This document shows positions 37,952-48,884 of a DNA stretch of 64,000 nucleotides, in pieces (the first letter of the stretch is position 1; each line of letters begins with the position of its first letter). The notes under the pieces are model-generated. The model was not told the origin of the DNA. It saw only the letters and a list, made by a program, of their open reading frames with translations, and made no database searches. The DNA comes from a bacterium (lineage in GTDB: Bacteria > Patescibacteriota > UBA1384 > CAILIB01), in assembly GCA_037131105.1 (NCBI GenBank), contig JBAXRQ010000001.1:765465-829464 (forward strand), given 5' to 3'. The translations under genes and the position numbers were made by a program.

Positions 37952-38608
37952 CTAGGGCTGACGGACGTTTCCAGATCCGTAATAGTGGTCCCCATGAATA
38001 GGACTGCCCACTGCTGGGTAGATTCTGGCATTGCTACCGTAGCCATAGTCGAAGCCCTGGTGACCGCAGTAGCCGTTGACGTTGGCGATATCGACGGCGG
38101 AGCTACTAGTATTTTCCAGCCGCGCCCAGACAGCGAAGGAGCCCTCAAGCGCGCTACCGGTCTCTTGGCTGAAGGTGGCGTTGGACTTGCAGCGCAGAAG
38201 GACGTAGTCGGTTTGCCCCGCCACCCCAAGAGTGGTCCCGGTGGCTGAGGGGTCAAGGGCGATCCCAGCGGTAACACCGGCATCCATCAGAGTCTGGGCA
38301 ATGCTTTTGGCGCCATACCCTTGGCCGCCCTCGCTAGTACCAGCAAGATTCATCCTGCCGTAGAAGGCAAAGGAGGAAGTAGCGGTTGGCCTGGCTCCAG
38401 CTGCCGGAACATCTGAGTTAGTCAGCCGATAGCGCTCAATGGCCTGCTCATAGGTGCGCACGTCGCTCTTGCGACGGCTGTCCCGGGCGTTGATACGGGC
38501 ACGGCCTACCGATACGGTGACCAGGGTAGCCATAATACTGATGATAGCAATGACTACCATTAGTTCGATCAAGGTAAAGGCTCGAAGTCGCCGCAAGGGG
38601 CTGGTCAT
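37952..38608 (-). CDS. Type IV pilin/pseudopilin (GspG-like)
   Basis: AFTLIELMVVIAII N-methylation motif; ARDSRRKSD. Confidence 0.85.
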   Translation of the reverse strand: MTSPLRRLRAFTLIELMVVIAIISIMATLVTVSVGRARINARDSRRKSDVRTYEQAIERYRLTNSDVPAAGARPTATSSFAFYGRMNLAGTSEGGQGYGAKSIAQTLMDAGVTAGIALDPSATGTTLGVAGQTDYVLLRCKSNATFSQETGSALEGSFAVWARLENTSSSAVDIANVNGYCGHQGFDYGYGSNARIYPAVGSPIHGDHYYGSGNVRQP

Positions 38609-38640
38609 GCCGGAGAACTAGGAATAAGTCTATCCCCAGT

Positions 38641-39225
38641 TTAAGACCCCTTGATGACGCTGTCAATCAAACCATACTCCTTGGCCTGGGTAGCGGTCAT
38701 GTAATAGTCACGGTCGGTGTCCTTGTCCAGCTTCTCGTACTTCTGGCCGGTATTCTTAGCCAGGATGCGGTTCAGGGACTCCTTCAGGCGCAGTATCTCC
38801 TCGGCCTGGATCTTGATGTCGGAGGCCTGTCCCTCGGCCCCACCGAGCACCTGGTGGATAAGGATGCGGGAGTTAGGTAGGGAGATTCGCTTGCCCTTGG
38901 CGCCGGCTGAGAGCAGCACAGCGGCCATACTGGCGGCAATACCTACGCAGATGGTGGAGACATCGGGCTTGATGTGGTTCATCGTGTCGAAGATGGCCAG
39001 GCCGGCGTAGACAGAGCCACCGGGGCTGTTGATATACAGCTGGATGTCCTTCTTGGGATCCTCAGCCTCCAGGAAGAGCAGCTGGGCGTTGATAAGGTTT
39101 GCCTGGTCATCGTCAATGGGACCGCCCAGGAAGATGATCCGGTCACGTAGCAGACGGGAGTAGATGTCGTAGGCCCGCTCGCCGAACTGTGACTTCTCCA
39201 ACACGGTAGGAATGAGGTATGCCAT
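38641..39225 (-). CDS. clpP: ATP-dependent Clp protease proteolytic subunit
   Basis: [27 protein letters not shown] motifs. Confidence 0.97.
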   Translation of the reverse strand: MAYLIPTVLEKSQFGERAYDIYSRLLRDRIIFLGGPIDDDQANLINAQLLFLEAEDPKKDIQLYINSPGGSVYAGLAIFDTMNHIKPDVSTICVGIAASMAAVLLSAGAKGKRISLPNSRILIHQVLGGAEGQASDIKIQAEEILRLKESLNRILAKNTGQKYEKLDKDTDRDYYMTATQAKEYGLIDSVIKGS

Positions 39226-39403
39226 AGGGTAAATACTTAGGTGTATGCAATCAATGTAAAGTATACTTTACGTCTCGTCAAGAACAGGGCCTTTCATATC
39301 ACTTGACAGTACCCCGCTATAAGACTACGTTGAAACAAAAATTGGGCAGGTACTCACTGCACATGTTGATGGTACCTGCACCGCGCTCGAAAAAGGAGGG
39401 GTT

Positions 39404-39916
39404 ATGATACGAATTGACGGAGTTGGATACTTGAAGTGGAACGAAAAAGAGAATGGAAGCCCGTACTCGGTATGGCCATGGTCTGGCTTTGACAAAATCG
39501 GTAACCCCTCAATCCTGTCGGGGAAACCCTCAGTCGATATATCGAACGGATCCTCGTTGACATGGCTCGATCTAGTCTTCGAACTCGATCCACGTCATAC
39601 ATCGTCACTGACCGATTCGCCAACAGTGGAACAGGCTGTGTTCTCAGGAGGCCAGCTACACTATGAGGGGTCAACTGAACTTGATGCCACAACCAGTCAG
39701 CTCCCCATATGGCTCTGGCACGCGTTCTTCCTGCTGAGTCAACGGAACTACTTTGGAAGCGTCGGGTACAAGTTGGGCGGTACTTCCACTATCACCCTAA
39801 CAATCAGTACCCCCTTTCCAGTGCTTGATGCCGACATCTGTCTCGGCTTCATAGCAGACGAGATTAAGGAACTTGTAAGATACTCAAAGAGTATCTTACG
39901 GAAGGGACGCTCTTAG
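39404..39916 (+). CDS. Hypothetical protein
   Basis: SD AAGGAGG; TTGACA upstream; hairpin downstream at about 39932-39960. Confidence 0.5.
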   Translation: MIRIDGVGYLKWNEKENGSPYSVWPWSGFDKIGNPSILSGKPSVDISNGSSLTWLDLVFELDPRHTSSLTDSPTVEQAVFSGGQLHYEGSTELDATTSQLPIWLWHAFFLLSQRNYFGSVGYKLGGTSTITLTISTPFPVLDADICLGFIADEIKELVRYSKSILRKGRS

Positions 39917-39982
39917 TTTCTCACACACAAATTAGCCCCGGTGCAATGCGCCGGGGCTAATTCTTTTTTGTTCTTAGAAAGC

Positions 39983-41191
39983 TTATTTCCCCTTGGTGGC
40001 GATCTCCACCAGCTTGTCTACTGCTAGGCGACCGGCATTCTCCTTGCCCTCGAGCTTCTCCTCTTCCATCAGCTTACCCAAGGCCAGCCCGATACGGACA
40101 TTCTTCTCCGCCTGAGGGCGCATCTCCTCCTTGATCTGGTCAGCCGTCTTGCCGACCTGCTGCAGGTAGGTGTCCCACTGGAAGTTCATCTTGGCCAGGC
40201 GCTCGCGGGAATCATTGAACATGCGCTCCAGCTCCTGCTCGATGAGGGACTGAGGGGTCTCGAACTTGGCCACCTTCAGCAGCTGGTCCAATACCTCCTC
40301 CTCCAGCTTCTGCTTGCTCTCCTGCTCCTTCTCCTCGTGCAGGTTCTTCTTGATGGCCTCTACCAGCTTCTCGTAGCTGTCATGGCCGAAGGTCTCGGCG
40401 AACTTCTCGTCCTTCTCAGGCAGCTCAACCCGCTTCAGCTCGTGTAGGGTCACTTCGAAGTCGGCCTTCTTACCGGCCAGCTCGCTGGAGCTATAGTCCT
40501 TGGGGAAGGTAGGATGAATGGTGCGCTTCTCGCCGATCTTCATGCCGATCAGGGCCTCTTCGAAGCCGGGAATGAGCTGGCCTTCGCCGATCACCAGAGG
40601 GTGATGCTCATTCTTCATGTCGGTGCGCTTGACGCCGCCTACGGAACCTTCGTAGCCCAGGTCGGCCCACATGCCGTCTTCTAGTACCGTCGCAGGCTCA
40701 CCCTCCTTAAGGGTGGCTTGCTGCTTGCGCAGGTACTCGATGGTCTTCTCGACCTCGTCGTCCTTTACGAAGGGCTTCTCGTGGTTCTTGATCTTGATCT
40801 TCTCGTAGCCGTCGATCTTCACCTTAGGAATGACATCCACCTCAACGGTGAAGGTCAGCACCTTGGTATCGTCAGCTGCGTCGTCGGCCGGAGCTACGTA
40901 CTCCTTTACCTCGACCTTTGGAGGCTCGACAGGAACCAGTTTAGCGTCCTGCATAGCCTCAAAGTAGACCTCGGAAATGGTATGGTCGATGGCCTCGGCC
41001 TCGATGCGCTGGCGGCCGACCTTCTCAATGACCTTGGCGGCGGGAGCCTTGCCGGCCCGGAAGCCCTGGATGGTCACGCCCTTGCTGACGTTCTCCAGCT
41101 CATGGCCGAAGGCATGGCGGAACTGGTGGGCGTTCGCGGTAATGGTAAGTTTGACCCGGCTGTTCGGGAGGTTCTTGGTCTCTGTAAGCAT
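39983..41191 (-). CDS. tig: Trigger factor
   Basis: GFRAGKAP signature, FKBP domain (LIPGFEE, TFPKDY, LAGK). Confidence 0.95.
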   Translation of the reverse strand: MLTETKNLPNSRVKLTITANAHQFRHAFGHELENVSKGVTIQGFRAGKAPAAKVIEKVGRQRIEAEAIDHTISEVYFEAMQDAKLVPVEPPKVEVKEYVAPADDAADDTKVLTFTVEVDVIPKVKIDGYEKIKIKNHEKPFVKDDEVEKTIEYLRKQQATLKEGEPATVLEDGMWADLGYEGSVGGVKRTDMKNEHHPLVIGEGQLIPGFEEALIGMKIGEKRTIHPTFPKDYSSSELAGKKADFEVTLHELKRVELPEKDEKFAETFGHDSYEKLVEAIKKNLHEEKEQESKQKLEEEVLDQLLKVAKFETPQSLIEQELERMFNDSRERLAKMNFQWDTYLQQVGKTADQIKEEMRPQAEKNVRIGLALGKLMEEEKLEGKENAGRLAVDKLVEIATKGK

Positions 41192-41337
41192 GGGAGATCT
41201 GGGGGTTACAAGTCTTTTGACTCATTGCACTCTAGCAGGTTTGGAAGGGGTTGTGAAGGAGAACGTTGGCCGGAAAACCTTTCAAGGATCCACCCATGGG
41301 CAGATCCTTGATGAAATGACTAAATGATAGGCAGTGA

Positions 41338-41760
41338 CTACGCTGCAGCCGAGCCCCGTGCAAGTAGGTCGATGCCGTGCTTTTTGAGAAGCGCCCTCGA
41401 GCGTTCTCGAGTCGCTGAGCGCTGGTGCCTCACGTCCTTGGTAAGCAACTCGATCCAAGGCTTTGAAAGCGCCTTGAACTGCTGTGCGATCGTAAGCGCG
41501 TGTGGGAACAGCATCTCGTCGCCATCGGTCTCTCTTATAGCCGCATAAAGCTCGTCTGAGCAGGTTTCGGCCTGCATGGACAGGGCGGCTTCGGCTGCTT
41601 GCCTGACACTTACTTCATCGTACTGAAGCAACTCGATGAGAACTCCCCGAATCTCCAGCACTTCTACATTGGCGGCGGTCAGCCCGTTCATTAAGTTGAG
41701 AAGAGCGCCAATGTTCTCTTCTTCTATTGCCGCATCAAACCTTGCAATAATGTCTTCCAC
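41338..41760 (-). CDS. HEAT-repeat-like hypothetical protein
   Basis: LIELLQYDEVSVRQAAEAAL; SD AGGAGG before GTG. Confidence 0.5.
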   Translation of the reverse strand: MEDIIARFDAAIEEENIGALLNLMNGLTAANVEVLEIRGVLIELLQYDEVSVRQAAEAALSMQAETCSDELYAAIRETDGDEMLFPHALTIAQQFKALSKPWIELLTKDVRHQRSATRERSRALLKKHGIDLLARGSAAA

Positions 41761-41895
41761 GACACCCTCCTAAACCAATCATCGGAACACTGCCCCGAAT
41801 CTATCTCTAGGTATAGCAGAACATGCCAAAATGTCAATCCTCCCCCTGTACAGAATGAACATTTCTGACTATGGTAGTAGCGTCAGAACGCATTT

Positions 41896-42624
41896 TTGAC
41901 AAATTTTGGTTTAGTGGAGACCCCCGTGACTGGAAATCTCAACGTTGTGGCAATCCCCCAAGGGGCCGCCCGCTTTTTTATGGATTTGCAGTGTGACCCT
42001 GACGTTCCCTGTCCAAGCACGGGAGAAACGAACGGCTCTGAGCCTGACCAATCCCGAGGACAGACCTACTTCAAGATCCCTCCTGATGAGTCCCACCTGG
42101 AGGGGGAGGACTGCTATAAAGGATTGTTCCATAAGGGTAGGAGTCGGTGGCTTCGACACACCTGGAATAGCCCTACCCTGTGGACGGCAACCGCGATAGC
42201 AATGATTCCCCCCTCACTCTGCGAGGGTCACGGCGACATTATGCAAGGAGCATATAACCTTGAAGCCGCCGCCCAGCTTCTCGGCCGCTTTGGAGTAGGG
42301 GCCTTGCAGACAGGCGCCTTGCGGGTGACTGAGGGAAAGAATGGAGCAGATGTCACTGAAAAGACTCTTTCACGAGGTGGCGTTCTATTTAGAGGAGGTA
42401 AGGAGTACAAATTTTTTAGTCAGCTCCCTCACGGGCACCCCCTGAGACTGTACCTGCAGGTAAAGCCTATCAAGGGCTGCAGCCCATCGCTCTCTGGCGT
42501 CGTGATGATGCTGGACTTCCGTGGCAACCTTATCTGCGCCTGCCATGTCGAAGGCGTCGCAGTAGTCCCAGGCATCACGCCAGGAAAAATTCCCATGCTC
42601 ACCACCAAGCCGATTCCCGGTTAG
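41896..42624 (+). CDS. Hypothetical protein (start uncertain)
   Basis: 242 aa ORF filling the gap; terminator-like hairpin at about 42659-42680. Confidence 0.4.
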   Translation: MTNFGLVETPVTGNLNVVAIPQGAARFFMDLQCDPDVPCPSTGETNGSEPDQSRGQTYFKIPPDESHLEGEDCYKGLFHKGRSRWLRHTWNSPTLWTATAIAMIPPSLCEGHGDIMQGAYNLEAAAQLLGRFGVGALQTGALRVTEGKNGADVTEKTLSRGGVLFRGGKEYKFFSQLPHGHPLRLYLQVKPIKGCSPSLSGVVMMLDFRGNLICACHVEGVAVVPGITPGKIPMLTTKPIPG

Positions 42625-42695
42625 AACGCCCGATACGGACGCTCTACAACTACCAAGACCCAGCGCGAAAGCGCTGGGCTCCTTGTTTTATTGCC

Positions 42696-43829
42696 TTATT
42701 TCTTCTCTTCCAATGCCTTTACCCCCGGCAGCTCCTTGCCAGCCAAGAACTCCAGCGCAGCTCCCCCGCCCGTAGATATAAATGAAAACTTGTCATGCAG
42801 GCCCAGCTCCGAGATCATCTCGTCAGTGTCGCCGCCGGCCACCACTGAAGTAACGTCCTTTAATCCGGCAACGCATTCGGCTATCTCGCGACTAGCCGCC
42901 TTGAACTTCTCGTCCTCCGTATAGCCGAGACTGCCGTTCCAGAAGATGGTCTTGGCCTTCTCCAGATGTTCCTTAAACAGCTTGATGCTCTCAGGGCCGA
43001 TATCCATATACTTAAACTTCTCGGCCTTGTCATCATCCTTTACATAGTCAGGAGCCAGCACCAGCTTGTCGCCCAGCTCTTCGATGAGCTTCTTGGCCAG
43101 GTCTACCTTGTCAGCCTCTGCCAGCGAGTCGCCGATGTCCTCGCCCTTGGCCAGCAAGAAGGTATTGGCCATGGCTCCGCCGATCAGTAGGGTGTCGGCC
43201 TGCTTGGCCAGGGCCTGGATCACCTCGATCTTGTCGCTCACCTTGGCGCCACCCATGATCACCACGAAGGGATGCTCGGGCTTCTCCAACAGGCCACCAA
43301 GGGTCGAGAGCTCGTTTTCCAATAGAAAGCCCGGGCAACCGGGAATCAGGGCAGGAACGCCTACGATAGAGGCGTGAGCGCGATGGTCGCAGGCGAAGGC
43401 GTCATTGACGTAGACGTCGGCCAGAGCGGCCAGCTTGGCGGCGAATTTCTTGTCATTGCCCTCCTCCTCAGCGTAAAAACGCAGATTTGGCAGCAAGAGA
43501 ATGTCGCCACCCTTCATCTCGAGGATGGCAGCCTCAACCTCCATACCCTCGATCTCATGGGCCAGACGAACGGTGTGATCAGGGTACATGTCGGCCAGAT
43601 GCTCGGCCACCGGACGAGTCTCCAGCTCCTCTACCCGCTTGCCGTCAGGGCGGCCCAGGTGGCAGCCGATGATGATCTTAGCTCCCTGGTCGATGAGATA
43701 GTCCAGAGTCGGCGTGGTGGCCTGGATCCTATAATCGTCCTGGATCTCCCCGTCCTTCAGGGGCACATTGTAGTCAGGACGGTAAAATACCTTTTTATCC
43801 TTGAGGTCGAAGTCTTTGAGTGTTTTCAT
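42696..43829 (-). CDS. pgk: Phosphoglycerate kinase
   Basis: DYNVP, HLGRP, NDAF, GGAKVSDK, STGGGA. Confidence 0.97.
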   Translation of the reverse strand: MKTLKDFDLKDKKVFYRPDYNVPLKDGEIQDDYRIQATTPTLDYLIDQGAKIIIGCHLGRPDGKRVEELETRPVAEHLADMYPDHTVRLAHEIEGMEVEAAILEMKGGDILLLPNLRFYAEEEGNDKKFAAKLAALADVYVNDAFACDHRAHASIVGVPALIPGCPGFLLENELSTLGGLLEKPEHPFVVIMGGAKVSDKIEVIQALAKQADTLLIGGAMANTFLLAKGEDIGDSLAEADKVDLAKKLIEELGDKLVLAPDYVKDDDKAEKFKYMDIGPESIKLFKEHLEKAKTIFWNGSLGYTEDEKFKAASREIAECVAGLKDVTSVVAGGDTDEMISELGLHDKFSFISTGGGAALEFLAGKELPGVKALEEKK

Positions 43830-43834
43830 AAGGG

Positions 43835-44581
43835 TTATTTAGCGGCGAGGTCGTCGGCAATCTGGCACATGGTAAGGAATGACTTCAGCTTCAGGCTGGC
43901 ACCGCCGATCAGCAGACCGTCGATGTCAGGCTGGCTGAGGAAGCCCTGGGCATTCTCAGGTGCGGCACTGCCTCCATAGAGGATGCGGGTCTCCGGGGTC
44001 AGCATGGTGCGCAGAGCGGAAATCACTTCCTGGGCGTACTCAGGCGTGGCCGGGGTGCCGCTGCCGATGGCCCAGACCGGCTCGTAGGCCAGGACGAGCT
44101 TCTGCAATTGCTCAGTAGTAAGTCCGCGCACCAGGTAGGCCAGGGACCTCACTAGGTGCTCCTTTGAGTCAGCCGTCCGCTCGTCCTCGCCGATGCAGAG
44201 GATAGGAATCAGGCCGTTCCTAAAGGCGGCTACCAGCTTGAGGTTGATGAGCTCAGGATTCTCATGGAAGAGATGGGTGCGCTCGGAATGCCCCAGGATG
44301 ACATACTCAGCTAGCTCCTTGACCATCACGGGAGAGGTCTCACCGGTAAAGGCCCCCTCTTCCTTGTAGTGCATATTCTGGGCACCCAGCTTCAGACGGG
44401 GCAGCTGCTTGGGGGCAATGCCTCCATGGGCCAGCTCAGAAAGCCAGACTGCCGGCGGGCACAGCACGATGTCGATATGCTCGATGTGCTCGGCCTGGGT
44501 CCGCACGCCGTTGGCCAGGGTGTGGGCGTCGGCAAGGGTGGTATTCATCTTCCAGTTACCGGCGATGAGAGGAGTGCGCAT
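43835..44581 (-). CDS. tpiA: Triosephosphate isomerase
   Basis: AGNWKMN, GHSER, AYEPVWAIG, YGGS, GGASL. Confidence 0.97.
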   Translation of the reverse strand: MRTPLIAGNWKMNTTLADAHTLANGVRTQAEHIEHIDIVLCPPAVWLSELAHGGIAPKQLPRLKLGAQNMHYKEEGAFTGETSPVMVKELAEYVILGHSERTHLFHENPELINLKLVAAFRNGLIPILCIGEDERTADSKEHLVRSLAYLVRGLTTEQLQKLVLAYEPVWAIGSGTPATPEYAQEVISALRTMLTPETRILYGGSAAPENAQGFLSQPDIDGLLIGGASLKLKSFLTMCQIADDLAAK

Positions 44582-44709
44582 GGGGAGGTCTAGGTGGTTG
44601 GTACCATTAGTATACAACGGAGGCGCTCAGTGCACAAAAAAGAAGCGGCCGCCCCCACGAGGGGGACGGCGCGATGTACGACTGCGAATTCGACTCTTGG
44701 GATTGGCGG

Positions 44710-44874
44710 TCAGTCAACCATAACTTCGATTGGACCGACAATCACCGGGCGAGGGACACCCGAGGCATACATCGCCTCAAATGCCGCCGTTACGATGGAT
44801 TCAGCGAGCATGCCGCTGTTTTCCCACAACTGCCTGTAAGGTTCAGGCAGAAAATCAAACCACTTCTTTTCCAT
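44710..44874 (-). CDS. Small hypothetical protein (54 aa)
   Basis: Manual translation MEKKWFDFLPEP...; SD GAGGAGG; TTGACA upstream. Confidence 0.4.
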   Translation of the reverse strand: MEKKWFDFLPEPYRQLWENSGMLAESIVTAAFEAMYASGVPRPVIVGPIEVMVD

Positions 44875-44931
44875 GTCCCCTCCTCTAAACGATAAGCTTT
44901 TATATCCTTTTTTCTCTCAAATGTCAACCCC

Positions 44932-46338
44932 CTAGCTCCCCTTTCCCACCAAACTCTTCCGATGTACGCTCCGGTAATATGAAATGGCAAACCTATGCGC
45001 CTCTTCCCGCAGCAGCTCAGCCACCACCAGCCAGGCCTCACGCTCAACGGTAGGAATCCTTCCCCAATCCTCCCCGTACAGGTCTACCCGGCGGCGGGTA
45101 GGACCCTTGGCCACAGACGCCAGCGCCACCACCTCCCCCATCTCCAAATCGGTGCGGGCAGCCGTCGCCGCACTTAGCTGCCCCTTGCCACCGTCCATCA
45201 GCATCAGGTCAGGCAGCGCCCAGTGATCGCCCTCGCCCTTACCCCGTTTCAGCCTTCGGGTGATCACTTCCTTCAGCATGTCAGTATCCGACGAGCCCTC
45301 CACGGTTTTAATGCGAAACTTCCGGTAGCGGGACTTGTCCAGGTAGAAGCGCTTGCGGGCCTCGGCGGCCGTCACCGGCTCCACCTTACCCTTACGGATT
45401 ATGCCCACGATCTGGGAGCCCACCGCGTATTCCCCTGAGATATTAGAGATGTCATAACACTCGATGCGCAGGTCCTCTTGCGGGTTGTATTGGTAGAGGT
45501 CGGAGCGCTGCTGGTTCCCTAGGAAGCGCCGAGTAGTCGCCACTTCCTGTAGATGCAGCAGGCTCTGCAGACGGTCTCGCAGCTTGGCTGCCTGTTCAAA
45601 CCTCTCCTCCTGCGAGGCCTTCTCCATCTCGGCCTGTACGTCCTGAAGTAGCCGTTGGCGGTCGCCCCGCAGAAACAACCTGATCTGGTCGATGTTCTTG
45701 CGATAGTCTTCTACTGTAGACTTGGCGGCACAAGGAGCGTCGCACAGCCCCAGCGTATGGAAGATGCAGCCGTGACCCAGCTTGGCGTAGGTGTTGTATT
45801 TGGTATCGGTACAGTCGCGAAACGGCCAGATCTTCCGAATGGTCTTCAGCGCCTGCTTCACCGCTGAAGCGGAGAGATACGGCCCGAAGAACTCCTGGCT
45901 GTCGATCTTCTGGCTCACCTTGCCTACTCCGGCCCTGGCCCGATTGCGCTTGGCAAGTAGTTCCTCCAGGTCCTTCTCCCGGCTGATATAGATGGGAGGA
46001 AACTCCTCTGACAGATCGATCCTGATCAGCGAGAATGACTTGTCGTCGCGCAGCTTTATGTTGTAGCGGGGCTTGTGCTGGCGAATGAGGCGGGCCTCCA
46101 GGAGTAAAGCCTCCATCTCAGAACCGGCCAACTCATGATCGAGGGTCACCGAGTCCCTTACCATCTGCTCGAAGCCCGGCCCCCGACTCATCCCAAGGTC
46201 CTTGGCGAAGTAGCTGCGCACCCGGTCCTTCAGCCGTATCGCCTTGCCCACATACAAAATCTCCCCCTCTGCGTTCTTGAAGAGGTACACTCCCGGCTGC
46301 AGCGGCAGCGCGTCGGCTTGTTCACGTAAGGTCGACAT
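44932..46338 (-). CDS. uvrC: Excinuclease ABC subunit C (short form, no C-terminal HhH)
   Basis: GIY-YIG (PGVY...YVGKA), FEQAAKLRD UVR domain, IECYDISN, DGGKGQ, EAHRFAI. Confidence 0.92.
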   Translation of the reverse strand: MSTLREQADALPLQPGVYLFKNAEGEILYVGKAIRLKDRVRSYFAKDLGMSRGPGFEQMVRDSVTLDHELAGSEMEALLLEARLIRQHKPRYNIKLRDDKSFSLIRIDLSEEFPPIYISREKDLEELLAKRNRARAGVGKVSQKIDSQEFFGPYLSASAVKQALKTIRKIWPFRDCTDTKYNTYAKLGHGCIFHTLGLCDAPCAAKSTVEDYRKNIDQIRLFLRGDRQRLLQDVQAEMEKASQEERFEQAAKLRDRLQSLLHLQEVATTRRFLGNQQRSDLYQYNPQEDLRIECYDISNISGEYAVGSQIVGIIRKGKVEPVTAAEARKRFYLDKSRYRKFRIKTVEGSSDTDMLKEVITRRLKRGKGEGDHWALPDLMLMDGGKGQLSAATAARTDLEMGEVVALASVAKGPTRRRVDLYGEDWGRIPTVEREAWLVVAELLREEAHRFAISYYRSVHRKSLVGKGS

Positions 46339-46443
46339 ATCTTTCACTTATACCACAGCCAGAGGGGATATGGCAGGGTTATATGCTCTAGTAATCTACG
46401 GTGGACCTGTATACCATGAGAATATCATCAATAACGTGTCCCC

Positions 46444-47229
46444 ATGAAAAGCGACTCCGAACGGCCAGCCCTCTCTATCGGTTCTGCCATCTCCGAGAGC
46501 TGGGCCCGACTCAAGCCAAATCTTGGGACCTTCATCCTGGCCATGCTGGTCGGGGCCGGCGTCAGCTATCTGCTCTCCTACTTTGGCGGCATCATCAATC
46601 CCGATCCAGGCCATGCCAACGGCACCTCCTTCATCTTTTCAATCCTTTCGCTGCTGGTAAACGTCGTCTTCGGTATAGGCCTGATCCGCATGGCCATCAA
46701 GACCGTAAATGGTGAGAGACCCTTAGTTTCTGACCTTACCTACGCTCTGAGTGACGGCGACCTGTTCTGGCGCTACCTGGTCACCCAGGTCCTCCTGTTC
46801 GTCATAGTAACCCTCGGTCTCGTCGCCCTGATCATCCCGGGTATCTATCTATTCCTCACCTATGCCTTCGCCCAGTACTTCGTAGTGGACAAGGGCTCCT
46901 CCACCAGCAAGGCCTTCCACCAGAGCGCTGAGATGATGAATGGCAACCAGCTGCAGTTCCTAGGTCTAGTTCTTGCACTCTCCATCATCAACGTCATCGG
47001 CGCCGCCCTGGTCGGCCTTGGTCTATTCATTACCCTGCCTCTGACCGCCATCACCATGGTCCACGCCTACCGCCAGCTGAGCGGCACTCCGCCCAAGGCA
47101 GTTGAGAAGAAAGAGGACGAGGACGAATCAGGTGAGCAGCCCAAAATGATCAATGACATGGAAGAGAAGCCAGTAACCAAGGCCACCCCTTCAGATAAGG
47201 CCAAGACTGCTTCCAAGAAGAAATCCTAA
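46444..47229 (+). CDS. Integral membrane protein (DUF975-like)
   Basis: LIIPGIY, S..MMNG, GLFITLP; charged tail. Confidence 0.65.
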   Translation: MKSDSERPALSIGSAISESWARLKPNLGTFILAMLVGAGVSYLLSYFGGIINPDPGHANGTSFIFSILSLLVNVVFGIGLIRMAIKTVNGERPLVSDLTYALSDGDLFWRYLVTQVLLFVIVTLGLVALIIPGIYLFLTYAFAQYFVVDKGSSTSKAFHQSAEMMNGNQLQFLGLVLALSIINVIGAALVGLGLFITLPLTAITMVHAYRQLSGTPPKAVEKKEDEDESGEQPKMINDMEEKPVTKATPSDKAKTASKKKS

Positions 47230-47283
47230 GATTTCTAGCTACAAAAAAGCGGGACCCTCACTCGTGGGACCCGCTTTTGCTTC

Positions 47284-48519
47284 CTAGGCGATAGGTTCCA
47301 ATGACTTCACCAGCTCGTCCAAGGGGACGATGGTACTCTCGTCCGTAGCCATGCGCTTCACCTCAATGCCTCCGGCCTCCAGTGAACGCTTGCTGACGAT
47401 CAGCCGCAGCGGCGCCCCGATCAGATCAGCGTCGGCAAACTTCTCACCTGCCGTCTTGTCCCGGTCGTCGTAGAGCACGCTATAGCCGGCCTGCTGAATC
47501 AGCTCGTAGGTGGCCTCACCGTGCTGATTGGGAGTCAGGTCAATGACATGGACCCGATAGGGAGCCACCTCGTCAGGCCAGACCATCTTGCCGTCGCTAG
47601 GCGCCAATACCTCCACCATGGTCCCGATCAGGCGGGAGATACCGATCCCGTAACAACCCATCCAGACGTCGATCTTCTCACCGCTCTCGGTCGAGACCTG
47701 GGCGCCCATGGGTGTCGAAAATTTGCGGTTCAATGGGAAGATATTACCCACCTCAATGGCGCTTTCTTTCCGGACGTCGCCGCCGCTGAACTCGCGCATG
47801 TCGTCAGACTCTTCGTCAGTGACTACCTCCTTATTACGGGCCAGAGTCCCGTCTGCATTCAAGTAGATAGTATCCTCACCCACTTCGCTGACAACCTGGA
47901 ACTCGTGAGAGAACTTGGAGAACAAGCCCCCACTCGCTTCGGTCAGGATGGCGTTCAGGCCGCACCGCTCATACACCCGCTTGTAGGCCTGAATGGAGAG
48001 GTCGTAGAAATGCTTGAGCTCTTCCTCGGTGGCATGGAAGCTGTAGAGATCCTTCATCAAGAACTCGCGCCCGCGCAGCAGACCGGACTTAGCTCGGGCC
48101 TCCTTGCGGAACTTGGTCTGCAGCTGGTAAGCCGCCACCGGCAGGTCCTTGTAGGATGAGACGTATTGGCGGAACAGATCTGTGATGATTTCTTCGTGCG
48201 TAGGACCTAAGCCGCCGCCAGCTTCAGGCAACCGATACATGTCCTCGGCGTACTCCTCCCAGCGGCCGCTCTCGTCCCAGAGTTCCTTAGGCTGCAAGGC
48301 CCCCATCAGTACCTCCTGAGCATGGGGCAATTTGTCCATCTCTTCACGGACGATAGTTGAAACTTTCTGCAACACCTTCAGACCCATAGGAAGGTAGGCG
48401 TAGACGCCGGCCATCGTCTTGTTCACATAGCCGCCCCGCTGCAGCAGGATGGCGTTCTTACTGGTCTCCTCCTTAGAAATATCGCGCTTCGTAGTACCGA
48501 ACTGTCGTGACTGTCTCAT
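47284..48519 (-). CDS. proS: Proline--tRNA ligase
   Basis: GPTHEE, QTKFRKEAR..GLLRGREFLMKD, EVGNIF, MGCYGIG, GEKFADADLIG. Confidence 0.96.
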   Translation of the reverse strand: MRQSRQFGTTKRDISKEETSKNAILLQRGGYVNKTMAGVYAYLPMGLKVLQKVSTIVREEMDKLPHAQEVLMGALQPKELWDESGRWEEYAEDMYRLPEAGGGLGPTHEEIITDLFRQYVSSYKDLPVAAYQLQTKFRKEARAKSGLLRGREFLMKDLYSFHATEEELKHFYDLSIQAYKRVYERCGLNAILTEASGGLFSKFSHEFQVVSEVGEDTIYLNADGTLARNKEVVTDEESDDMREFSGGDVRKESAIEVGNIFPLNRKFSTPMGAQVSTESGEKIDVWMGCYGIGISRLIGTMVEVLAPSDGKMVWPDEVAPYRVHVIDLTPNQHGEATYELIQQAGYSVLYDDRDKTAGEKFADADLIGAPLRLIVSKRSLEAGGIEVKRMATDESTIVPLDELVKSLEPIA

Positions 48520-48536
48520 GATAATGCTTTAGTTTA

Positions 48537-48869
48537 CTAAAATAGCTTGTTACCGATAGGTACTACCCTTTCGGGCTGGACCAATACTACCTTTCCGTGT
48601 TCATCGGCACATCCCAGGGTCAGGCTCTCGGACAAAAACGGCCCGATCTGCTTGGATGGGAAATTCACCACACCCATCACCAGCTTTCCCGGCAGCTCCT
48701 CAAGTGTGTAATTCTCGGTGATCTGGACCGAGGAGCGCTTCTGGCCGATTTCCGGCCCGAAGTCGATGGTCAGCTTATAAGCAGGCTTCCTGGCCTCCAG
48801 AAAATGCTCAGCCGAAACCACCCGGCCGACCCGGATATCCACTTTCTCGAACTCGTCGTAGGTGATCAT
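48537..48869 (-). CDS. csaA: CsaA/Trbp111 tRNA-binding protein
   Basis: FEKVDIRVG, ARKPAYKL.IDFG, VVNFP.KQIG. Confidence 0.9.
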   Translation of the reverse strand: MITYDEFEKVDIRVGRVVSAEHFLEARKPAYKLTIDFGPEIGQKRSSVQITENYTLEELPGKLVMGVVNFPSKQIGPFLSESLTLGCADEHGKVVLVQPERVVPIGNKLF

Positions 48870-48884
48870 AAAAACAATTACCAA